DNA from: Ramazzottius varieornatus
Lineage: Eukaryota > Animalia > Tardigrada
Direction: 5' to 3'
NCBI GenBank assembly: GCA_001949185.1
Contig: BDGG01000001.1
Span: forward strand, 8,750,721 to 8,814,720
Length of the DNA stretch: 64,000 nucleotides
This document shows, in pieces, positions 63,750 through 64,000 of this stretch. The stretch's first letter is position 1, and every line of letters starts with the position of its first letter. The translations under genes were made by a program, and so were the position numbers. A model generated the notes under the pieces. It had not been told where the DNA came from. It saw only the letters and a program-made list of their open reading frames with translations, and did not search any database.

Positions 63750-64000
63750 AGCTCGGCAAACAAACTCCAAAAAAAAGAATGTTTTTCCAAGTGGCGCACC
63801 TTGTCGGTGTGATTGGCTGGAAAGGTGCGCCATTTGGATAAACGATGTAGTCCGTTTTAATCGTTTCCTCCAGGTGGCGCACACCAGGCAGCGCTGTTGG
63901 CTGGAACGTGCGCCACTTGAAAATTAATCATGTCGTTTTTGTTTTTGCCCAAGTGACACACGTTTTCGGTGTTACTCGTTGGAAGCGTGCGCCACTTGGA
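63750..64000. repeat. Family A palindromic module, at least 3 units (truncated by window end)
   Basis: GAGCTCGGCAAACAAACTC cap; three arm pairs with ~80-bp period. Confidence 0.92.

Overview
Gene-dense, intron-rich animal (eukaryotic) DNA, most likely ecdysozoan judging from the Dfd-type homeodomain; the species cannot be identified from sequence alone. I reconstructed exon chains by eye for eleven genes. On the minus strand: a partial GnRH/AKH/ACP-type GPCR, CFAP91 with upstream X-boxes, a complete CAD, a MARCH RINGv ligase and a multi-C2H2 zinc-finger gene. On the plus strand: two HSD17B12/KAR-like SDR paralogues flanking a solitary Hox4/Deformed gene, an orphan coiled-coil gene, a Ly6/quiver-like GPI protein and a full-length Trk receptor kinase. 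The most striking non-coding signal is a dispersed palindromic module, family A (about 41 loci, roughly 80% intronic). Its structure is CAAGTGGCGCAC-N25-GTGCGCCACTTG in arrays of 1-4 units, capped by AGCTCGGCAAAC...GTTTGCCGAGCT. The spacer length is almost invariant while the spacer sequence drifts, and an old copy shows compensatory arm changes. A second family (B: ACCTGCATAC-N29-31-GTATGCAGGT) has the same architecture in four other introns. Also seen: four GC-AG introns, intron turnover between the SDR paralogues, and several TIR elements. All coordinates were read by hand; repeat boundaries are approximate (about 10 bp).
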